The notes under the pieces: generated by a model | The model's input: the letters and a program-made list of their open reading frames with translations, nothing else | The model's database searches: none | Told to the model about the DNA's origin: nothing | Assembly (NCBI GenBank): GCA_038826135.1 | Contig: JAWBON010000033.1 | Coordinates: forward strand, 1-12,519 | Length of the DNA stretch: 12,519 bases | Direction: 5' to 3' | Origin: Candidatus Odinarchaeota archaeon | Lineage (GTDB): Archaea > Asgardarchaeota > Odinarchaeia > Odinarchaeales > Odinarchaeaceae | Shown: positions 7,483 to 12,519 of the stretch, piece by piece | Layout: each line of letters opens with the position of its first letter | Numbering within the stretch: the first letter of the stretch is position 1 | Position numbers and translations under genes: made by a program

Positions 7483-8778
7483 GTGATATCTGTGGCCTAC
7501 GGTACATTCTATGTTGAAACATTCGGTTGCTCACTAAACATATCAGACACCGAGTTTTTAATAGGCGAGCTTTTAAAAAAAGGCTTCACTGTTTCAAGAC
7601 TTGAAGAAGCGGATATAATAATAGTTAACACATGCGCTGTTAAAGAGCCGACTGAGAAAAAAGTGTTAAACTATCTTAGAAAAATAGATAAACTTGGTAA
7701 AAGGATGATAATAGCCGGGTGCCTTCCGAAAATAAACTTGGAGAGTGTTAAACAAGCCATACCCTCATTTAACGCTATAATAACACCCTCCTCATACCAG
7801 CTTATAGGCGTGATCGCTGAACGTGTTTTAAAAGGAGAAACAGGTATAATAGTGGATGAAGAACTACCTTTACCTGTTTTCAGGGATTTTCAAGTCAAGA
7901 GTAAAACAGGCATTATCCCCATCGCGTACGGTTGCTTAAACCAGTGCTCATACTGTTGTGTGAGATTCGCCCGCGGCCGTTTGAGAAGCTACCCCGTAGA
8001 GCAAATAATAGAATACGCCTCCAAACTGGTTCGCAGAGGCTGTGTAGAATTATGGTTAACAGCTCAAGACACAGCAGCCTACGGCTTAGATATTAAAACA
8101 GATCTAAGCCGGCTGCTAGTTGAAGTTAACTCTCTCCAAGGCAATTTCATGACTCGAGTTGGCATGATGAACCCTAAAAGCGCTTATAGGATTATTAACA
8201 CACTTTTAGAATCTTTTAAAGGCGGTAAAATATACAAGTTTATTCATCTACCGATTCAATCAGGAGATAATCAAACACTCGCCTCTATGAATAGAGGATA
8301 CACTGTTGAAATTTTTAAAACGATTATAGACAGGTTTAAAGCAACCCACCCGGATATAACAGTTTCAACCGATATAATAGTAGGCTTCCCAGGTGAAACC
8401 GAAGTACAATTCAAACACTCACTGGAACTTATAGAAGAATTAAAACCGGATATTGTGAACATCTCCAGATACGGCGATAGACCAGGCGCACTGTCAGTAA
8501 ACCTCCCCGATAAGATTAAAGGCGCGATTATAAAACGTAGAAGCAGGCTGCTAACAGAGATTGTTCGCAAAATATCATTAGAGAAAAACTCTAAATGGAT
8601 AGGCTGGATAGGTGAGGCTGCGGTTGTGGAGAGCGCTCCTAAAACCGGCTATATTGCAAGAAACTTCGCTTATAAACCCATACTTTTAGCAGATAATAAT
8701 CTAACACTGGGTGAAAAACATATTATCAGAATAGTCGACTGTCGACCAGGATACCTAATAGGAGAAGTACTGAAATAA
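7483..8778 (+). CDS. mtaB: tRNA methylthiotransferase, MiaB-like archaeal MtaB/CDKAL1 type (radical SAM)
   Basis: UPF0004 N-domain Cys ligands (TFGCSLN, NTCAVK, AGCLP), radical SAM GCLNQCSYC, HLPIQSG, DIIVGFPGET and C-terminal TRAM-like domain. Substrate (t6A37) is inferred from the archaeal family assignment. Confidence 0.88.
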   Translation: MISVAYGTFYVETFGCSLNISDTEFLIGELLKKGFTVSRLEEADIIIVNTCAVKEPTEKKVLNYLRKIDKLGKRMIIAGCLPKINLESVKQAIPSFNAIITPSSYQLIGVIAERVLKGETGIIVDEELPLPVFRDFQVKSKTGIIPIAYGCLNQCSYCCVRFARGRLRSYPVEQIIEYASKLVRRGCVELWLTAQDTAAYGLDIKTDLSRLLVEVNSLQGNFMTRVGMMNPKSAYRIINTLLESFKGGKIYKFIHLPIQSGDNQTLASMNRGYTVEIFKTIIDRFKATHPDITVSTDIIVGFPGETEVQFKHSLELIEELKPDIVNISRYGDRPGALSVNLPDKIKGAIIKRRSRLLTEIVRKISLEKNSKWIGWIGEAAVVESAPKTGYIARNFAYKPILLADNNLTLGEKHIIRIVDCRPGYLIGEVLK

Positions 8779-8788
8779 AATATATTAT

Positions 8789-9876
8789 TCAATGTGTAAC
8801 ACTTCTCCAGTTAACACCCAGCTCATCAGCTAATTCTCGCACCCGGCTCACCTCCTCACGATAAACAGGTCTAGAAACATCAGAATATCTCTTATCGCTG
8901 ACAGCTATATGGCAGGGTCTGTACTGCTCCATTATGTTAACCGGTGCGTTAGGGATTTCTTTAGCTATCCACTCTAAAACAGGCTTAGAGCAACACTCAT
9001 AGTGATTAGGTAACACTAAATGTCTTATAATAATAGAGGATAAACCCTCAGTGACATTAACATAAGCCCTCTTAATATTCCTAGTTATAACAGTCCAGTA
9101 ATTCTCAACACTTGAAAGTCTTTTAGCGCATTCATCCGAACCGTATTTAAAATCAGGAAGCCAAAGATCTATCAAATCAATCAGAAGACTCATACTTTCA
9201 TTTGAATGATAAAAATTACTATTCCATATTTGAGCTATGTTAACATCACTTAGTAATAGAGCTCCCAGTATCGTGTAAAGATTAGGTGTAGGCTCACCCC
9301 CAACCCAGTTAATGTTTTTAGCCCCTGAACTGTAAAGGTCAAGTATAATATAAGCTAACTGCGCATCGCTCACGGGATAACCGGATCCGGGTCTAAAAGA
9401 TATATCATAGTTCTGGCATTGCGTACACGCGTCTAAAGGCGCATGTTATACGCGCACCTAAAAGTACAGCCGCTGAAGAAAACCGTGCCGGAGGGTATAA
9501 GCTGCCTCTCCTCCCCCATATGTAGAAAATAGGATGAAACCCTGGCAGTCTTATCAACCCCGCAGAACCCTGTCATATCCTTAAAACGGTTAACTTTACA
9601 CCTTCGCTCACATAGAATACACTTTTCAAGCATTCTCTCAGCTGTAAGCCTCTTAACTTCTAGAAAACTTAACCCCTCCAAACTTTTTTCACCAATCTTA
9701 GCCGGGTCAACTATTAAACCAGTGTACGCACTAGGGAAATCCGCAGCCACTCTATCATGTATTTTCAAAGCTTCTTGCAGATCCTTAACAATCCCCGTTG
9801 CTTTCCTTATTTTTTTACAAACCAGGTATTTAGCCAGACGCTTATGTTTTACAACCTCATCATAATGGGTTAACAT
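8789..9876 (-). CDS. pflX: PflX-like (COG1313) radical SAM protein, split by a 29-nt BHB intron: join(complement(9448..9876),complement(8789..9418)), 352 aa (354 aa if TTG 9882 is used)
   Basis: The track ORFs 9433..9882 and 8789..9373 are two halves of one family member: CxxCxxxC..GxC, HMGEE..PSGTVFFSGC, NINWVGGEPTP, IWNSN, LPDFKYG, IIRHLVLPNHxECC, VNIMxQYRP. Removing 9419-9447 gives GCTFRCAYCQNYDIS with a 429-nt exon 1 and a 630-nt exon 2 in frame. SD-like AGGGG precedes ATG 9876. Confidence 0.88.
9419..9447 (-). other. Putative archaeal pre-mRNA intron, 29 nt, canonical bulge-helix-bulge
   Basis: mRNA reads GC|GCGU|AU^A|ACAUGCG-CCUUUAGA-CGCGUGU|ACGC|AA^U|GC. It has a 4-bp helix GCGU/ACGC, two 3-nt bulges, a 7-bp inner stem and a 2-bp outer stem. 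Cutting after the second nt of each bulge removes exactly 29 nt and restores frame and motif. Confidence 0.88.
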
Positions 9877-10007
9877 TTCCAATACCCCTGTCAGTAATCC
9901 AATTAAAATAAAACAGTTTAAGAATTAAATGTTATCTAGAATTTCATCGCTAATTATTTAAGCATCTTAGCTAAATTTTCAATAAACAGTTGCAGGGTAG
10001 CCTTTAT

Positions 10008-11078
10008 ATGATACCGATAGCTAAACCGGTCATCCAAGAGGAAGAGATAAATAACGTTATCAGCGTTTTAAAATCAGGTTCTCTCGCCCAGGGGAAATGG
10101 GTTAAACAATTTGAAGAAGATTTCTCCAATTACATAGGCGTTGATCACGCTGTAGCTACAGTTAACGGTACAGCTGCACTAGACATTGCTTTAAAAGCTT
10201 TGAAAATAAGTCAAGGGGATGAGGTGATTGTTCCGGATTTTACTTTTATATCTACAGTTAACTCAATTCTCTTCCAGAATGCAAAGCCTGTGTTCGCGGA
10301 TATAGAAGAAAAATTTTTCACAATAGATGTAAACGATGTTTTAGAGAAAATAACAGGTAAGACTAAAGCTATTATTTGCGTTCACCTGTTCGGTCAACCT
10401 TGTGATCTCGAAGCTTTAGGCGAGATATGCGAAGACCGTCATCTCTTCTTGGTTGAGGACTGCGCTCAAGCTCACGGCGCCGTATATAACTCTGTAAAAA
10501 CAGGGTCTAAGGGAATCGGTTGTTTTTCATTCTACGCCACCAAGAATATGACTACAGGAGAGGGTGGGATAGTTACAACCAATGATAAAAATATAGCTGA
10601 AAGACTTAGGCTGTTAATAAATCACGGTCAATTAGAGAAGTACGTGCACGGGGTTTTAGGATATAATCTGAGAATGACCGATATTCAAGCAGCAATAGGT
10701 GTAGCTCAGTTAAAAAAACTTGACAATTTAAACTTGAAGCGTATTAAAAATGCGGATTACTATAATAAGAATATAATTAACAGAAAGGTTGTTAAACCTT
10801 TTAGGCGTGAGAGTTCTGTTCACGTATACCATCAATATGTTTTAAGAGTCATCGATAGAGAAAGTTTTGTAGCCTATACCCACTCGAAAGGCGTGGCGAC
10901 TGCTATTCACTATCCTAAGCCTGTTCATCTCCAACCATTGTATAGAAAGCTGAATTATGATGAAAAACTGTGCCCGGTATCCACAAATATATCTAGAGAA
11001 GTTGTGAGCATACCTGTACACCCATCTTTATCAGGCGATGATTTAAACTATGTAGCGTCAGTAATAAATGAATGGTGA
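10008..11078 (+). CDS. DegT/DnrJ/EryC1/StrS PLP-dependent sugar aminotransferase (WbpE-like)
   Basis: NGTAAL, GDEVIVPDFTF, VHLFGQP, VEDCAQAHGA, FSFYATKNMTTGEGG (PLP Lys), GYNLRMTDIQAAIG motifs. ATG 10008 (MIPIAKP) preferred over TTG 9990 on family N-terminus. Confidence 0.92.
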   Translation: MIPIAKPVIQEEEINNVISVLKSGSLAQGKWVKQFEEDFSNYIGVDHAVATVNGTAALDIALKALKISQGDEVIVPDFTFISTVNSILFQNAKPVFADIEEKFFTIDVNDVLEKITGKTKAIICVHLFGQPCDLEALGEICEDRHLFLVEDCAQAHGAVYNSVKTGSKGIGCFSFYATKNMTTGEGGIVTTNDKNIAERLRLLINHGQLEKYVHGVLGYNLRMTDIQAAIGVAQLKKLDNLNLKRIKNADYYNKNIINRKVVKPFRRESSVHVYHQYVLRVIDRESFVAYTHSKGVATAIHYPKPVHLQPLYRKLNYDEKLCPVSTNISREVVSIPVHPSLSGDDLNYVASVINEW

Positions 11079-11083
11079 TTTAA

Positions 11084-12022
11084 ATGGATGTTGGCGTAAT
11101 AGGTATAGGAAATATGGGTCGAAATCATCTTCGAGTTTACTCTGAATTAAGATGGGTCGACCGAGTATACTACTATGACACTGATCCTGTGAAAGTCGCT
11201 AATTTAACTGGTAAATTCGAAGGCTGTACCCCATGTAATTCTTTACCTGAATTACTCCAAAAGGTCGATGCCGCAAGCATTTGCGTTCCGACAGAGAATC
11301 ATTTCGAACTAACTAAGACATGTTTAGAAAAAGGCGTGAACGTGCTAGTTGAGAAACCTATCGTAGCCAATTTGAAGGAAGGGGAGGAACTTCTAAAAAT
11401 TTATCAAAAACACAAGGTCATCCTAGGAGTCGGTCATATTGAGAGATTTAACCCTATTATTAGAGAAATAACTAAACTTTTAGACCGCCCTAAATATATT
11501 GAAATAAAAAGACATAATCCCGCATCATCTCGTATAACCGACTCCTCGGTTATAGATGATTTAATGATTCACGATATAGATATAGTCTGGAACATCTTCT
11601 TTAATAAAACAGTAAAGTATGATATTAACCCTTTTGGTAATCATAATTTTTGCACTGTAGTGACATTATTCGAAAACAATATTGTATTATTATCCGCAAG
11701 TCGACTCTCCCCTAGAAAAATTAGAACAATCTATATAGAAGGAGACGGGCTGTCAATAGAAGGTAATTTCATGGATCAGGAGGTTTTCATCTATAAGAAA
11801 CCTACAAAATACTCTGTTGAAGATGATAAATATGTTCAAGAAAACATTATAGAGAAAGTGCTTATCAATAAGATTGAACCTTTAAAAGAGGAGTTAAAAC
11901 AGTTTATCATATCAGTGAAAACAGGTAACCCCTTCCCAGTCACCCTTGAACAAGGATTGCTTAATTTAAAAATCGTTGAGGTGATAAAAAATAAGCTTCA
12001 AACATCCCACAGCAGTGGTTGA
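11084..12022 (+). CDS. Gfo/Idh/MocA NAD-dependent oxidoreductase (WbpB-like sugar 3-dehydrogenase)
   Basis: GVIGIGNMG Rossmann motif, VLVEKP, GHIERFNP, DLMIHDID. SD GGTGA overlaps the upstream stop. Confidence 0.9.
   Translation: MDVGVIGIGNMGRNHLRVYSELRWVDRVYYYDTDPVKVANLTGKFEGCTPCNSLPELLQKVDAASICVPTENHFELTKTCLEKGVNVLVEKPIVANLKEGEELLKIYQKHKVILGVGHIERFNPIIREITKLLDRPKYIEIKRHNPASSRITDSSVIDDLMIHDIDIVWNIFFNKTVKYDINPFGNHNFCTVVTLFENNIVLLSASRLSPRKIRTIYIEGDGLSIEGNFMDQEVFIYKKPTKYSVEDDKYVQENIIEKVLINKIEPLKEELKQFIISVKTGNPFPVTLEQGLLNLKIVEVIKNKLQTSHSSG
11978..11984 (+). promoter_or_regulatory. Strong Shine-Dalgarno GAGGTGA for the wbpD-like gene, embedded in the upstream CDS
   Basis: GAGGTGA sits 6 nt before ATA 11991, the only plausible start upstream of the HPTA motif. 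Confidence 0.7.
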
Positions 12023-12519
12023 AAGTGATAAAATCGGTGAAGGCACAAAAATATGGCACTTCGCTCATGTCCGTGAGGGTTCTGAAATCGGAAGAAATTG
12101 TACCATAGGTAAATCTGTATACATAGATACAGGTGTTAAAATAGGTGACGGGGTTAAAATCCAAAATTTTGTATCAATATATAAAGGTGTAGTAATCGAA
12201 AGCGATGTCTTCATAGGCCCCTCAGTTACCTTTACAAATGATCTTTTCCCAAGATCCTTTATTTGGGATCAGAGCAAGATCACACCAACATTGATTAAAA
12301 AAGGCGCCAGCATAGGTGCTAATTCAACAATCATTTGCGGTATAACTGTCGGAGAATACGCGCTTATCGGCGCTGGCAGCGTAGTCTCGAAGAGTGTACC
12401 CGACTACGGCTTAGTGTACGGTAACCCTGCTAGACTGAAAGGGTACGTTTGCTATTGCGGAAAAAAATTGGGTAAAATAGTTGAAAAACAAGCTGATAAG
12501 ACAATCTACATATGCCACT
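11991..12519 (+). CDS. Hexapeptide-repeat N-acetyltransferase (WbpD-like), 3'-truncated by window edge; ATA start proposed
   Basis: Manual translation: (I/M)SFKHPTAVVESDKIGEGTKIWHFAHVREGSEIGRNCTIGKSVYIDTGVKIGDGVKIQNFVSIYKGVVIESDVFIGPSVTFTNDLFPRS...GASIGANSTIICGITVGEYALIGAGSVVSKSVPDYGLVYGNPARLKGYVCYCG. IWHF, KIQN, FTND and GNPAR are WbpD hallmarks. Not in the ORF track. Confidence 0.9.
   Translation, partial: MSFKHPTAVVESDKIGEGTKIWHFAHVREGSEIGRNCTIGKSVYIDTGVKIGDGVKIQNFVSIYKGVVIESDVFIGPSVTFTNDLFPRSFIWDQSKITPTLIKKGASIGANSTIICGITVGEYALIGAGSVVSKSVPDYGLVYGNPARLKGYVCYCGKKLGKIVEKQADKTIYICH

Noticed and set aside
7140-8570. Track ORFs 7140..7343(+) and 8271..8570(-)
   Set aside because: Antisense shadows fully inside the GT2 and mtaB genes.
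9419-9447. Treating the split radical SAM gene as a pseudogene or sequencing frameshift
   Set aside because: Both halves keep all family motifs. The lesion is a 29-nt structured insert whose BHB cut sites coincide exactly with the frame- and motif-restoring junction, which a random indel or duplication would not produce.
11961-12164. Track ORF 11961..12164(-)
   Set aside because: Antisense to the wbpB/wbpD-like junction; the plus-strand frame has clear acetyltransferase motifs.
12438-12519. CYCG...ICH at the acetyltransferase C-terminus, a possible zinc ribbon
   Set aside because: Truncated by the window edge, and such tails are common in WbpD-like proteins.
1-12519. CRISPR arrays, IS elements, inteins, rRNA or tRNA genes
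   Set aside because: No spaced direct repeats, transposase or integrase ORFs, intein motifs or structural RNA signatures were seen; the window is almost fully protein-coding.

Overview
Archaeal chromosomal window. PolD large subunit plus Sec61beta and an archaeal-type SHMT point to a non-Thermoprotei archaeon; an Asgard/Odinarchaeia- or Bathyarchaeia-like source is a guess only. Gene order: 3' end of a beta-CASP/MBL nuclease ending in a PIP-like box (+), Sec61beta/SecG (-, missed by the ORF track), glyA (+), 4xCBS protein (+), DP2/polC (-), an unannotated 103-aa CxxC-x10-CxxC protein lacking a canonical start (-), GT2 glycosyltransferase (-), MtaB-type tRNA methylthiotransferase (+), a PflX/COG1313 radical SAM gene (-), and the start of a wbpE/wbpB/wbpD-like diacetamido-sugar cluster (+). 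Main discovery: the radical SAM gene, which looks frameshifted, is interrupted inside its CxxxCxxC motif by a 29-nt insert (9419-9447). The insert folds into a canonical bulge-helix-bulge (BHB) splicing-endonuclease substrate, and cutting at the canonical BHB sites restores C-T-F-R-C-A-Y-C-Q-N and one continuous ORF. This is a candidate archaeal pre-mRNA intron outside the known cbf5 case. Secondary: two genes appear to initiate at near-cognate codons (ATA, ACG) behind strong Shine-Dalgarno motifs.
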